From a virus: a stretch of 64,000 nt of DNA. Shown one piece after another: positions 1-9,629 of the stretch. The first letter of the stretch is position 1, and the number at the start of each line of letters is the position of its first letter. The position numbers and the translations under genes were made by a program. The notes below the pieces were generated by a model. That model saw nothing but the letters and a program-made list of their open reading frames with translations, searched no databases and was not told where the DNA came from. The DNA lies in the IMG/VR virus record IMGVR_UViG_3300044653_000098, positions 77,725 through 141,724 of that record, one strand, 5' to 3'.

Positions 1-246
1 ACCGGCGGCGCCCCGGCCACGCCTGGCACGATCGCCAACGTCACCTACACCACCGACGACAACGGCGCGATCACCGACGTCACGGTCGCTCCGGTGGCCA
101 CGGGCTCGGTCACGATCACGGTGTCGGACCCGAGCGCGCCGGGCGTGGCCCCGTTCACCAACACCTTCGACGTCGCTGCGGGCGCAACTGCGTCGCTGGT
201 CGGCGCCGTCACGGTCAACGCAGGGGCGAACTCGCCTTCTGCCTGA
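1..246 (+). CDS. 3' end of a Thr/Val/Ala/Gly-rich beta-strand (Ig-like) protein, truncated by the window edge
   Basis: Frame 1 is open from base 1 to TGA at 244-246 (TGGAPATPGTIANVTYTTDDNGAITDVTVAPVATGSVTITVSD...) with high GC3. Confidence 0.6.
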   Translation, partial: TGGAPATPGTIANVTYTTDDNGAITDVTVAPVATGSVTITVSDPSAPGVAPFTNTFDVAAGATASLVGAVTVNAGANSPSA

Positions 247-422
247 TTTACCGGACGATGCCCAGGACGTGAGCCCTGAGGCACGTGCCGGCGCAGCCGG
301 GAACTGGCGGTCCTTTCCTCCTCTGGTCCGCCAGTTCGTCCGGCCGGCGCGCTTTCATGACCCCTGATCTGCTCTCATCTGGGCATAGAGGTGCCCGATA
401 GCAAGCCACCGGTATAAGAGAC

Positions 423-2144
423 GTGATCGCTGACGTCAGAACGTGGGATCCGCGTGTCCGCATGCAGGCTGCCTGGATGGCCCACGAGGCGCCCGACATC
501 ACCGACTACGAGGTGCCAGCCTGCTGGAATGATAGAGTCTGCCTCCAGCACCGGCAGTCTGCCGGCCGCTGCCCGCTGTGCGGCTCGGACCGCAGCCCGC
601 ACCTGTGCCCGCTGTGCGACTACTGCGGGGTCATGCTCCGGCGCCACCAGCGGACTGGTTCGATGTGGCTGTTCCTGGCCGGGGATGCCCTGCTGGCGGA
701 CACGGTCGGCCTGGGCAAGACGCCCTCGGTGACCGGGATGCTCGCCTTCTGCAAGGAATCCGGCGAGCTGAGCCTGCAGAACCGGGCGGTGGTCGTCGCC
801 AAGTCCAGCGCCGTCGGCCAGTGGGCCACGCAGCTGACCCGCATGATTCCGTCGCTGCGGGTGATCGCCACGACCGGCAGCATGCCCAAGCAGCAGCGGA
901 TCAACGCCTACCTGACCCCGTGGGAGGTAGCGGTCATCTCCGAGCGCACGCTGGCCTCGGCCCGCGGGGCGAAGCGGAGCAAGGAAGGCGACCTCACGTA
1001 CCTGTCGCACTTCCCGGTCGGGATCGTCGTTGCCGACGACACCGATGCCATGCGCACCCGCACGACCCGGACGTCGCACGCGGTCCGTGAGCTGGCTGGC
1101 CGGGCGTCCAGGGTGGTCATCGTGCACGGCACGCCACTCCAGAAGAAGATGGATGAGCTTTACAACTTCCTGGAGCCGATCGGCGGCCCGGCCCGCCTCG
1201 GCAGCCAGCGGCAGTTCCATTACCGGTACGTCACCACCTCGACCGACTCCTACTACACCCGTGACAGCACCGGGCAGGTGGTCGAGTGCGAGCGCACCAC
1301 CGACACCGGGGTCAAGAACGAGCAGGAGCTGCAGCGGCTGATCGCCCCGCTGATCCTGCGCCGCCGGCCCGAGCACGTGGACGACATGACCCTGCCCGCG
1401 ATCCAGCCGCACGTGGTCTGGCTCGACCCCTCCCCGGCCCAGGCCCGGCGCTATGCCGAGCTGCAGGACGGGGTGCTGCGTCTGATACGGGAGCAGGGCG
1501 AGACCATCTCCCGGCCGCAGGCGGCCGCGCTGTGGACCCACGGCTGGCAGATCTGCTCCGGGCTGGCCACCCTGGACGAGGGGCCCGGTGACGACAGCAT
1601 CAAGCTCGACTGGATCATGGAGCATGTCGAGCCGCCGAGCGCCATGAGCCTGGGCGGGTTCGCCGGCGATAAGGCCGTGGTCTTCGTCAACTTCAAGCCG
1701 AATGTGGAGGCCCTGTCCCGGAGACTGGACGTCGCGGGCATCCGGCATGTAGTCATGTGGGGGAACGAGACCGGCCAGGCCGAGCGTGACCGCCGGCTGG
1801 CCGCATTCCGCCAGGATCCTGGCTGCCGGATGCTGATCGGGACGACGACTATCGAGATGAGCCTGAACCTTCAGGCCGCGCGCCACCTCGTTGCCGTCGA
1901 TACCATCCCGAACCCCGCGCGCATGACGCAGCTAGCGGGGCGCGTGAGGCGCGCGGGGTCTCCGTTCAGCACGGTGTACTTTCATCAGCTTCTGCTTCGT
2001 GGGACGCAGGAGGAGGGTATTCTCAACCAGCTGTACTCCGAGCAGGAGACCGCGGACACCGTCTGGGGAGAGCAGGGCGATCTGTTCCAGGACAGAACCC
2101 CGCTGGAGATGCTGCGGATGATCGCAGCCCGGAGGGCGGCATAG
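423..2144 (+). CDS. SNF2/SF2 helicase-like ATPase with N-terminal Cys cluster
   Basis: LLADTVGLGKT (motif I), HGTPLQ (motif III), SLNLQAA (V), QLAGRVRRAG (VI); variant Walker B VADDTD; CPLC..CPLCDYC. Confidence 0.85.
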   Translation: MIADVRTWDPRVRMQAAWMAHEAPDITDYEVPACWNDRVCLQHRQSAGRCPLCGSDRSPHLCPLCDYCGVMLRRHQRTGSMWLFLAGDALLADTVGLGKTPSVTGMLAFCKESGELSLQNRAVVVAKSSAVGQWATQLTRMIPSLRVIATTGSMPKQQRINAYLTPWEVAVISERTLASARGAKRSKEGDLTYLSHFPVGIVVADDTDAMRTRTTRTSHAVRELAGRASRVVIVHGTPLQKKMDELYNFLEPIGGPARLGSQRQFHYRYVTTSTDSYYTRDSTGQVVECERTTDTGVKNEQELQRLIAPLILRRRPEHVDDMTLPAIQPHVVWLDPSPAQARRYAELQDGVLRLIREQGETISRPQAAALWTHGWQICSGLATLDEGPGDDSIKLDWIMEHVEPPSAMSLGGFAGDKAVVFVNFKPNVEALSRRLDVAGIRHVVMWGNETGQAERDRRLAAFRQDPGCRMLIGTTTIEMSLNLQAARHLVAVDTIPNPARMTQLAGRVRRAGSPFSTVYFHQLLLRGTQEEGILNQLYSEQETADTVWGEQGDLFQDRTPLEMLRMIAARRAA

Positions 2145-2147
2145 GCC

Positions 2148-2342
2148 ATGGCTGTCACCGATCAGTTCTGGCGAGTGACTTTGAGACTGCCCCACGGAGC
2201 CGTGATGATATTTTCCGTAACGGGCGCTACGCGCCGGGACGCTGCGGCGGCCATGTTCCTGCACCTGCTGCACCATGGCCCAGCCCCTAGCAAGATCAGC
2301 GACATCAAGTTGTGGCAGCAGGCTTCTCGCGTTAAGCCGTGA
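2148..2342 (+). CDS. hypothetical protein
   Basis: Fills the gap between SNF2 and the sigma gene; GTGA overlap with the next gene. Confidence 0.5.
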   Translation: MAVTDQFWRVTLRLPHGAVMIFSVTGATRRDAAAAMFLHLLHHGPAPSKISDIKLWQQASRVKP

Positions 2343-3022
2343 CGCCGGAGATCGAGCGTCTTGTTGCGGAGCTGATGCCCCAGGCCAAGGCCGAGGCGTG
2401 GAAGCTGTTCAACACGGCGCCCCAGCAGCTGAGCCTGGACGAGCTGGTCTCCTGGGCTTATCTCGGGCTGTCCAAGGCCGGGGACCGGTGGCAGGGGTAC
2501 TGCGAGAAGAACAGCTACAGCCCGGATGCCACGCAGTATTTCGCTGCGTATGCGCTGCGCTACATCCGCGGGACGATGGTCGACTCCCTGCGCTCCTCCG
2601 ACCACGTCACCCGTTCGATGCGCCGCCGGGCCAAGGATCTGCGCGACGCCGGCCAGGATCTTGGCGTCGGTGAGAGTGAGCTGGCGGAGAAGACCGGCCT
2701 GACGGTCCAGCAGATCCGGGCCACGGTTGCCGCGGTGGCCCGGCGGCCGGTGTCCATGGATGCCGAGCCCGTCGACATCGCGGATGATGACGACGTGGAG
2801 GGCCAAGCGGTGGTTAACACCGTGCTGGCCGCCGCGGTGCAGGTGCTGCTGGCCCAGCCCCCCGACGTCCAGGCCGTGATCGCGCTGCGCTACCACCAGG
2901 GGATGGACCTGCGGGCGGTGGCTACGCAGCTGGGCTGGCCGGAATCCGAGGTGGGCGACCTGCACACCGCAGGCATCCTCGCCGTGCACGAGGCCATGCT
3001 GTCCGCGGTTGATGAGTCCTAG
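2339..3022 (+). CDS. RNA polymerase sigma factor, FliA/WhiG (sigma-28)-like
   Basis: Region 2 LDELVSWAYLGL..FAAYALRYIRGTMVDSLRSSDHVTRSMR; region 4 VIALRYHQGMDLRAVATQLG. Confidence 0.85.
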   Translation: MTPEIERLVAELMPQAKAEAWKLFNTAPQQLSLDELVSWAYLGLSKAGDRWQGYCEKNSYSPDATQYFAAYALRYIRGTMVDSLRSSDHVTRSMRRRAKDLRDAGQDLGVGESELAEKTGLTVQQIRATVAAVARRPVSMDAEPVDIADDDDVEGQAVVNTVLAAAVQVLLAQPPDVQAVIALRYHQGMDLRAVATQLGWPESEVGDLHTAGILAVHEAMLSAVDES

Positions 3023-3039
3023 GGAGCGGTAACAGCCTC

Positions 3040-3504
3040 ATGCTGGATCGTGCAGAGAAGCTGGCCGGGCGCTGGTTCAAGGCGCAGATGGATGCCTACC
3101 TGGACCGCCTGAACGCCGAGGATCCCCCGAACTTCACGGTGCCTGAGGTGCTGCGCAACCCCCGCCACGACTGCAAGCACCGCGGCGGGATGTCGACGTC
3201 CTTCCGGATGGCGGAGATCTACGTCACCTCGCCGGAGATCTGGATCTGCTATTGCAGCAAGACTGGCCTGATGGGGCCGGACTTCCCTCATGACGACTGC
3301 CAGGGAGGCGTCGTGGCTGCCGTGGAGGCCCGCTTCGGCTTCCTGTACTCCGAGGGCCGGTGCCGCTGCGGGATCCACGGCCGCTCGCCTCATGGCCGCA
3401 TTGTCGATGCCGTAGAGCGTCCTCCGATCGGAAGGGTACGGGCGTGGCAGACGACGGACATGGCGGCAAAGTCCCCGGGAAGTGGAAGGACGCCCTCCCG
3501 GTAG
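3040..3504 (+). CDS. hypothetical Cys-rich protein
   Basis: ORF with GTAACAG-N4-ATG upstream motif. Confidence 0.6.
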   Translation: MLDRAEKLAGRWFKAQMDAYLDRLNAEDPPNFTVPEVLRNPRHDCKHRGGMSTSFRMAEIYVTSPEIWICYCSKTGLMGPDFPHDDCQGGVVAAVEARFGFLYSEGRCRCGIHGRSPHGRIVDAVERPPIGRVRAWQTTDMAAKSPGSGRTPSR

Positions 3505-4058
3505 TCCCCGATAAGGTTGCGGAGCACCTCGATGCGGGCCACGACGTGCCGCTGGAGGCCATGGTCAGCGAGAAGGCCATGGAGCAGTTCGAGGACCATG
3601 TCAGGCGCCAGGCAGAGCCGGTGCACGCTGAGGATCTGATCCCGGTCGCCCGCAACGACCCGCGGATCCAGGGGCCCGCCCCGGGCAACGGCTCGGTGCT
3701 GCCCAAGGTGCCGGTCCGGCGCCGCGTCATCCCCGCCCCGTTCAAGCGGCCGAGCATCCACATCGACCACCACGGCAAGAGCTGGCAGGTTAAGCACGTT
3801 GAGTCGGTGCAGGCCGGCGACATCGTGCCGGACGTCGGCCGGGTGGCCAAGGCTGAGCAGCGGACCCGGTACGTGCGGATGTCGGAAGTGATGAGGCTGG
3901 AGGATCTTCAGCTGCACGCCCTGAACCCGCACAAGCAGGTGGCGGTCGGCCTCGAAGTCGTGCTCACCGGTATAGATGGCCGTGAGCACCTATTTGAGCC
4001 GTCTCAGCGCATACGAGTCTTCACCGCGGAAGAGCACGCGGGTGCCAGCGCCGACTAA
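3444..4058 (+). CDS. hypothetical protein (start uncertain)
   Basis: Phage-like codon usage in the 3360..4058 frame; GTG 3444 or ATG 3561. Confidence 0.55.
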   Translation: MADDGHGGKVPGKWKDALPVVPDKVAEHLDAGHDVPLEAMVSEKAMEQFEDHVRRQAEPVHAEDLIPVARNDPRIQGPAPGNGSVLPKVPVRRRVIPAPFKRPSIHIDHHGKSWQVKHVESVQAGDIVPDVGRVAKAEQRTRYVRMSEVMRLEDLQLHALNPHKQVAVGLEVVLTGIDGREHLFEPSQRIRVFTAEEHAGASAD

Positions 4059-4242
4059 GGCCGAGCTGGGAGCCGTCCCGGCCGGCCTGATCACCGGCCT
4101 GCGCCCGCACGACTGCATCAACTGCACCTGGACCATGGTCCGCGGGGTGTGGACCCTGAAGTTCATCCACTCCGAGTGCCCGGCGCACCGCGGCCTGCCG
4201 CGCGCCACCGACGGCCTGCGCTCCTGGATGCTTACCGGATGA
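4042..4242 (+). CDS. small hypothetical protein (HDCINC..HSECPAH)
   Basis: GTG 4042; ATGA overlap with the methyltransferase. Confidence 0.5.
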   Translation: MPAPTKAELGAVPAGLITGLRPHDCINCTWTMVRGVWTLKFIHSECPAHRGLPRATDGLRSWMLTG

Positions 4243-4847
4243 AGACAGGCAGCCTCTGCACGGGCTACAGCGGCCTGGAGCTGGGCGCTGCCGCCTACTT
4301 CGACATCGACTTGCAGTGGGTGGCTGACAACGACTCTGACGCCGCGGTGGCGCTGGCTGAGCACCATCCTGGGGTGCTGAACCTCGGGGACATCAAAGAG
4401 GTCGACTGGTCCCGCGTCACCCCGGTCGAGCTGCTGCTCCTGGGCTTCCCGTGCCCGGACGTCTCGTCGGCCGGCCGGCGGGCAGGGCTGCAGCCCGGTA
4501 ACAGGAGCGGGATCTGGTCGCACTGCGCTTATGCGATAGGAGTGCTACGACCTCAGCTGATCTTGGTGGAAAATGTAAAGGGGCTGCTCAGTGCTCGTGC
4601 CCACAGCGACGTGGAACCCTGCCCGTGGTGTATGGGAAACGCCACAGATCGCATCCTGCGGGCACTTGGTGCCGTACTCGGTGACCTTGCCACGCTCGGG
4701 TACGATGCGGAATGGGAAACTCTATCCGCCTCTGACGCCGGCTGCTGCCATCCCCGTGATCGGGTCTTCATCGTCGCCTGGCCCCGTGCTGCTGAAGACA
4801 CCGACAGCCCAGCTGGGGATCAACGGCGGGAGCCAGCATCCGTCTAA
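4239..4847 (+). CDS. DNA cytosine-C5 methyltransferase, N-terminal subunit (motifs I-VIII)
   Basis: SLCTGYSG (I), GDI (III), GFPCPDVS (IV, catalytic PC), ENV (VI), RDRVF (VIII). Confidence 0.85.
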   Translation: MKTGSLCTGYSGLELGAAAYFDIDLQWVADNDSDAAVALAEHHPGVLNLGDIKEVDWSRVTPVELLLLGFPCPDVSSAGRRAGLQPGNRSGIWSHCAYAIGVLRPQLILVENVKGLLSARAHSDVEPCPWCMGNATDRILRALGAVLGDLATLGYDAEWETLSASDAGCCHPRDRVFIVAWPRAAEDTDSPAGDQRREPASV

Positions 4848-5313
4848 GCGCAAGGCAGGCGGCCACGGCCCGACCCTGGCCGACGAGGTCGAGCACGAGA
4901 TCCTGCTGAGGGACTGGGATCTGCTGCCAACGCCCGCGGCCCGCGACTTCAAATCAGGCGAGTCGAATCTGCTGGAGCGCAATGCGCGGCCGCTCAACGA
5001 GGTAGCCGTCAACTGGCTGCGTCCGGCCGGCGGGGTGGTCGACTGGGGCAAGTTCGCCCGTGCGGTGTTGCGGTGGGAGCAGGTGTTTGGTCACCTTGTG
5101 CCCTGCCCCCTGGAGCCCGGCCGGTTTGGCAACCTTGTGCTGGCTCCTGTGTTCGTGGAGTGGATGATGGGACTGGAGCCTGGGTGGGTGACGGACCTTC
5201 CCATCTCCCGTAACGCCAAGCTGAAGCTGCTTGGCAATGGTGTGGTTCCCCAGCAGGTGGCGCTTGCGCTGCCCCGGCTGCTGCAGCGGGTACCAGTGTC
5301 ATGGATTCGCTAG
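4591..5313 (+). CDS. DNA cytosine-C5 methyltransferase, C-terminal subunit (TRD, motifs IX-X) in an overlapping frame
   Basis: LLPTPAARD repeats, FVEWMMGL, LKLLGNGVVPQQ (motif X). Confidence 0.8.
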   Translation: MLVPTATWNPARGVWETPQIASCGHLVPYSVTLPRSGTMRNGKLYPPLTPAAAIPVIGSSSSPGPVLLKTPTAQLGINGGSQHPSKRKAGGHGPTLADEVEHEILLRDWDLLPTPAARDFKSGESNLLERNARPLNEVAVNWLRPAGGVVDWGKFARAVLRWEQVFGHLVPCPLEPGRFGNLVLAPVFVEWMMGLEPGWVTDLPISRNAKLKLLGNGVVPQQVALALPRLLQRVPVSWIR

Positions 5314-6782
5314 ATCACGGAAAGCGTGTTCTGGGAACGATACTGGGCCACCAGGACCGGCAGGCTCTCGACTACGCCCTGCGCTGGCTCCAGCCCGAGC
5401 ACTTCACCGACGCCGTCCAGGCCAACATCTGGGTGATGTGCCAGCGGTACCTGGACCAGGCTGGCCACGTGCTTACCCGCAGCGCGCTGGAAGACATCAT
5501 GAGCCACCAGCCGCCCGGCACAGCCCTCATGTATACGGAGATGTTCGACAGCCTCGTGACGTGGAAGGCCGACGCCACCGCGGCCGGCGTCGCTGCGTTT
5601 CAGTGGTCGGTGCAGCAGCTGCGCGATCTGGCCGCCGAGCGGCTGACGGGCGAGGCCCTGACCCGCGGGATGGAAATCCTGCGCCGGGGCTGGACGGAGG
5701 GCCGCCAGTCCTGGTCCGGCCACGACGACGCCCGGCGCTGGCTGATCACCCGTTTCTCCGAGATCGAGCGCCAGATGCGTTACGCCGAGGTGCCCGAGGG
5801 CGACATGCGCACCGAGGGCGCAGCCATGCTGAGCGAGTACGGAAATCGCAAGGCCATGGCTGCCCGAGGCGAGACCGGGAGCATCGCCACTGGCATCCTG
5901 GAGCTGGACAAGCTGCTCGGCGGCGGTCTGGAGCGGGGCGAGCTGGATTTCATCGCCGCCTACACCAGCGTCGGGAAGACCAGCCTGTGCGTCCACCTCG
6001 CCTGGCACGCCGCAGTGATGCAGGGCAAGAACGTCGTCTACTTCACCAGCGAGACGCTGCGCGAGCAGATCAAGATCAAGGTGATCTCCCGGCACTCCCG
6101 GCTGGAGAAGTTTGGGCTGAAGTACGGGCTCAACAGCAAGGACATCAAGGCGGGACAGCTGACCCCGGAGGGCGAACGGTCCTTCGCCGCGGTGAGGGAC
6201 GATTTCGACCGGATCGCCGGGCGGCTGTTCATTGCCCAGGTGCCCAAGGGCGCCACGGTCAGCGTCATCGATGCGAGCCTGGAGCGCATTACCCGGGACT
6301 GGGAGGCCGATCTGGTCATCCTGGACTCGGTAAACCTGCTGCGGCCTGAGGAGACGCGCCGGTCCGGCTGGGAGGAGCACTCCCGCACGATCAAGGCGTC
6401 CAAGGAACTGGCAGCCACCTACCACGATGGCCGTGGGGTGCCTTTGGTTAGCCCGTGGCAGATATCCGAGTCCGGCCAGCGCGCGGCCCGCGAGCGCGGG
6501 CACTACCTAGTCGGGGATTTGGCCGAGTCACACGAGGCGGCCACCAGCTCGGATGTGGCCCTGTCGCTCATGAGTCCCGCGGACTTTGGCGGCGGCCGCA
6601 ACGTCACGCTGGAGATGAGCGTGCTGAAGAACCGCGACGGTGAGTCCCTGCAGGGCGCAAGCTCCACCATCAAGCTGCGCACCGACTACGCCACGAGCTA
6701 CTTCATGGCCCAGGGCGGAGGCTCCGACAGCGTCACCCAGCTGATGCAGTACCAGGCCAACGGGTCCAATGTCTTCGGGTGA
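5301..6782 (+). CDS. dnaB: DnaB-like replicative helicase
   Basis: TGILELDKLLGGGLERGEL, AYTSVGKT, VILDSVNLL, LKNRDG. Confidence 0.85.
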   Translation: MDSLDHGKRVLGTILGHQDRQALDYALRWLQPEHFTDAVQANIWVMCQRYLDQAGHVLTRSALEDIMSHQPPGTALMYTEMFDSLVTWKADATAAGVAAFQWSVQQLRDLAAERLTGEALTRGMEILRRGWTEGRQSWSGHDDARRWLITRFSEIERQMRYAEVPEGDMRTEGAAMLSEYGNRKAMAARGETGSIATGILELDKLLGGGLERGELDFIAAYTSVGKTSLCVHLAWHAAVMQGKNVVYFTSETLREQIKIKVISRHSRLEKFGLKYGLNSKDIKAGQLTPEGERSFAAVRDDFDRIAGRLFIAQVPKGATVSVIDASLERITRDWEADLVILDSVNLLRPEETRRSGWEEHSRTIKASKELAATYHDGRGVPLVSPWQISESGQRAARERGHYLVGDLAESHEAATSSDVALSLMSPADFGGGRNVTLEMSVLKNRDGESLQGASSTIKLRTDYATSYFMAQGGGSDSVTQLMQYQANGSNVFG

Positions 6783-7338
6783 GCTGGCCGGCGGCGAGCT
6801 GATCTCCCTGGCCAACCGGATCGTGCCTTTCCCGCTGGCATGCCGCGAGGCCGGGATGGACAACGTGCCAGAGCCCCGGCAGAGCGGCAGCCGGGCCTAT
6901 TGCCCGTTCGGTGAGTTCAGCCACCCCGATGGTGGCCGGGATCAGGCGCTGCGCGTCTACTACGATCACGGGTTCTGCTTTGCGGAATGGCTGTACCTGT
7001 CCCCGGTCAAGATCCTCGCTCTGGCCCGGGATCTCGCCGCGGAGGAGGCTGCCAGGCACCTGCTCGACTGCGTCGGGTACCAGCCGGCCTCGTGGCAGGA
7101 GCGGTGGGAGGAGCTGCTGGAAGAGCGGCCGGAACCGGATTACGCTGCCCTGGCCCGTGCTCTTCGTTCCCGGCTGGAGGTTAGGTACGCTGACTGGGGG
7201 AATCGCCAACTCGATTCTAATGTTTCGACAATGCTGGCCAGCTGCCTTGGGCTGCTGACACGGGTCCACTCGGAGGCGGACTGCAAGCTTTGGCTGGAGC
7301 GGTCCTCAGAAGTGATGGCGCAGGCACTAGGAGGATGA
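6769..7338 (+). CDS. primase CHC2 zinc-finger-like protein (no TOPRIM domain)
   Basis: YCPFGEFSHPDGG...GFCFA, adjacent to dnaB. Confidence 0.5.
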   Translation: MSSGELAGGELISLANRIVPFPLACREAGMDNVPEPRQSGSRAYCPFGEFSHPDGGRDQALRVYYDHGFCFAEWLYLSPVKILALARDLAAEEAARHLLDCVGYQPASWQERWEELLEERPEPDYAALARALRSRLEVRYADWGNRQLDSNVSTMLASCLGLLTRVHSEADCKLWLERSSEVMAQALGG

Positions 7339-7339
7339 G

Positions 7340-7630
7340 ATGACTGCAAAGACCACGCTGAACGTCCCAAAGCTGCCCGGATGGATCACGCTGAGCGAGG
7401 CGGGAAAGATCCTGGGAGTCTCCCGGTGGGCGGTCCACAAGATGTGCGACCGGGAAGCTCTCAAGCCGGGTGAGAAGCCGGTGCTGAATGCTTTCTACAT
7501 CGGGGATCCGGACCGCCCGGTATACCTTGTGCGCGAGGCGGAAGTCTCGGCCCTCAAGAGGAACCGGGGCCGCCCAGCCCAGCCCTCGGCTAGTTCCGCA
7601 GAGGCAGTGCCCGAGGTGCAGACGGCGTAA
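7340..7630 (+). CDS. helix-turn-helix DNA-binding protein (excisionase/MerR-like)
   Basis: WITLSEAGKILGVSRWAVHKM. Confidence 0.7.
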   Translation: MTAKTTLNVPKLPGWITLSEAGKILGVSRWAVHKMCDREALKPGEKPVLNAFYIGDPDRPVYLVREAEVSALKRNRGRPAQPSASSAEAVPEVQTA

Positions 7631-7637
7631 CAAGAGC

Positions 7638-7677
7638 AGGGCCCTGGGATCCACGGGCGGTGGTCCCAGGGCTCTTC
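7638..7677 (+). terminator. stem-loop, probable terminator
   Basis: GGGCCCTGGGA...TCCCAGGGCTCTT inverted repeat after the HTH gene. Confidence 0.5.
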
Positions 7678-7695
7678 ACGTTGGAGGGTGGGGAT

Positions 7696-8190
7696 ATGGC
7701 GATCTTCGCGGACATGGTGGCCGAGCAGGCGACGGAAGCTGCTGCCACCTATGATGGCCACCGCTGGCGCTGGCTGGTTGAGCAGTGGGGGCGCCCGGTA
7801 CGCAGAAACGGTCTTGTCCTCCCGGAGCAGCAGCTGAGCGACGGCGCGGTTATTGATGTAGCAGGCGCCCTGACCTGTGATGCTGTCATGCGGCGCTGGC
7901 TTGGGCTGCCTGGCGAGGAGAATGCCCCCAGGCGGCGGGCTGCCCTGGAGCTGCAGGAGGCCCTGCACGGCTTCGAGATGGAGCGCGCAGCCCGGCCGCC
8001 GCAGGTGACCTACTCGCTGCCGCTCAGTGCTCCGGTGACGGAGGATCCGTACGGCAGCACCTATCCCATCCCCGCGCCTGCCACCAGCCCGGCAACCATG
8101 CCCGTGCCCGCGGTGCATCCGGCCCGTCCCGGCCTCATCGAGACCACCCATCAGGTCCGGGCGTTTCTCAGAGACCGCCTGCACAGATGA
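7696..8190 (+). CDS. hypothetical protein
   Basis: GGAGG SD, ATG 7696, ATGA overlap with the next gene. Confidence 0.6.
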   Translation: MAIFADMVAEQATEAAATYDGHRWRWLVEQWGRPVRRNGLVLPEQQLSDGAVIDVAGALTCDAVMRRWLGLPGEENAPRRRAALELQEALHGFEMERAARPPQVTYSLPLSAPVTEDPYGSTYPIPAPATSPATMPVPAVHPARPGLIETTHQVRAFLRDRLHR

Positions 8191-8591
8191 AAACCATCCT
8201 CACGTTCCTGGCACCGCGGGAGATGCTGTCTCCCGCACAGCTGTGGTTCCTGGCCGGGCAGGACCCCGCTCGCTATCTGGAGCTGATGCGTGAGTATGGG
8301 TACATCGTGCCCTCCCGTGGCGCTCCCCAGGAGCCACTGCCGTGCGGCTGGCCAGACAATGGGCACCGGGTGCCACTCGAGTATGACGACACCCTGGTCT
8401 GGGAGGAGCCGTCGGACAGCGGCAACGGTGTCTACCTGGTTCGCCAGCTGGCCGATGGGCGCTGGTACTGCCCATGTGAGGACTTCGAGTACCGCGGCAT
8501 GGAGCGGCCTTGCAAGCACATCGTGCGCCGGCAGCGGAAGATCGCAGAGGCTGTCGCAAGCCAGGACGGCAGAGGTAGGGTGACGGCGTGA
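8187..8591 (+). CDS. SWIM zinc-finger protein
   Basis: WYCPCEDFEYRGMERPCKH (CxCx(n)CxH). Confidence 0.75.
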   Translation: MKTILTFLAPREMLSPAQLWFLAGQDPARYLELMREYGYIVPSRGAPQEPLPCGWPDNGHRVPLEYDDTLVWEEPSDSGNGVYLVRQLADGRWYCPCEDFEYRGMERPCKHIVRRQRKIAEAVASQDGRGRVTA

Positions 8592-8839
8592 ATGAGCTGC
8601 TGGAGGAACGCGGGTGGGAAGAGCTTCCTCCAGGGGAGCTGTGCTGGCTGGACTGTGCCGGGCAGGCCCTGCACAAGGAATGGCATCACAGCGAGATAGA
8701 TCTCTGCGAACCGCACGCCCTGGTGCTGGAATCCGGGCGCAAGAACGCCACCTACGCTGGGGCGCTGACCCCGTCCGACTCGGTTGCAATCGAGTGGCCG
8801 TGGCGCCGCATTGCCCGTCAGCTTGTCGACGTCGTATAA
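8588..8839 (+). CDS. hypothetical protein
   Basis: GTGA overlap; CWLDC..LCEPH. Confidence 0.55.
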   Translation: MNELLEERGWEELPPGELCWLDCAGQALHKEWHHSEIDLCEPHALVLESGRKNATYAGALTPSDSVAIEWPWRRIARQLVDVV

Positions 8840-8844
8840 GTCCT

Positions 8845-9111
8845 ATGGCGGCAGGACGATGCGAGGGCTGTGGCAGATCAGACTCTGCGTCCAAGATTGC
8901 GCGTCACATCCAGGCATGCGATGAGTGGCTGAAGCTGTACGCCAGGGATCCGGCGCTGGCGCTGTCTCCCGAGGAGTCGGCCCGGCGGTGGAAAGGCGGG
9001 GGCCGCGCTTCCGAGCGCGCGGCATATCTGCTGGCTGTAACCTCTGACATCGAGGAGCGCCGGGCCGCTGCCCTGGAGCGCTTCCGTCCCGCCGACATCC
9101 TGGCCGATTAG
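8845..9111 (+). CDS. hypothetical zinc-finger protein
   Basis: MAAGRCEGCG..HIQAC; GTATAAG-N4-ATG upstream. Confidence 0.55.
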   Translation: MAAGRCEGCGRSDSASKIARHIQACDEWLKLYARDPALALSPEESARRWKGGGRASERAAYLLAVTSDIEERRAAALERFRPADILAD

Positions 9112-9118
9112 GAGCGCC

Positions 9119-9559
9119 ATGCCCGATGATGCGCAGCCCACGACCAACTCCAAGATCGAGAACATGAAGCGGGCGCGGGAAGCTCAGTTCGCCGGCTGGT
9201 TCGAGAAACGGCACTGGCGGGTGGCCGAGGAGACCAACGGCCTGCGGACGCGCGATGGCATCACCATTCTGTACGACCACGGGGAGTTCTGGGTCCAGCA
9301 TCCCGGTGTGTTCAAGACCCCGCTCGGGCACCGCGGCAAGCGCGGGTTCCTGGTCAGGGAGACCGACGCCAAGGGCAATGACCTTGATCCTGCGTCGGTG
9401 CAAGCCTTCGGCCATCTCACCCTGAAGACGGCCGGGGAGCGCTACGGGACGATCCACGGCCTGCCGGCCGAGCCCCGCAGAGAGCCTCCTGAGGAGCTGC
9501 TGGGACAGCTGGACCCCCCTCACCCGGATTCGGACGACCCTCCTGAGCCGACTGGCTGA
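9119..9559 (+). CDS. hypothetical protein
   Basis: GGAG SD, phage-like codon usage. Confidence 0.6.
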   Translation: MPDDAQPTTNSKIENMKRAREAQFAGWFEKRHWRVAEETNGLRTRDGITILYDHGEFWVQHPGVFKTPLGHRGKRGFLVRETDAKGNDLDPASVQAFGHLTLKTAGERYGTIHGLPAEPRREPPEELLGQLDPPHPDSDDPPEPTG

Positions 9560-9594
9560 GAACTGTCGCCCCTGGGTGGTAGGATTCCCTTCCA

Positions 9595-9624
9595 GTTGAC
9601 ACGGGTCTACCTCCCGGCTAGTCT
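9595..9624 (+). promoter_or_regulatory. host sigma70-type promoter with quasi-palindromic operator (copy 1)
   Basis: TTGACA-17bp-TAGTCT; GTTGACACGGGTCTAC; ATG 5 nt after -10. Confidence 0.75.
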
Positions 9625-9629
9625 GCTAG

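Noticed and set aside
247-255. TTACCGG identical to the start of the capsid bypass gap
   Set aside because: It lies after a stop codon in intergenic DNA, with no upstream in-frame ORF or landing codon
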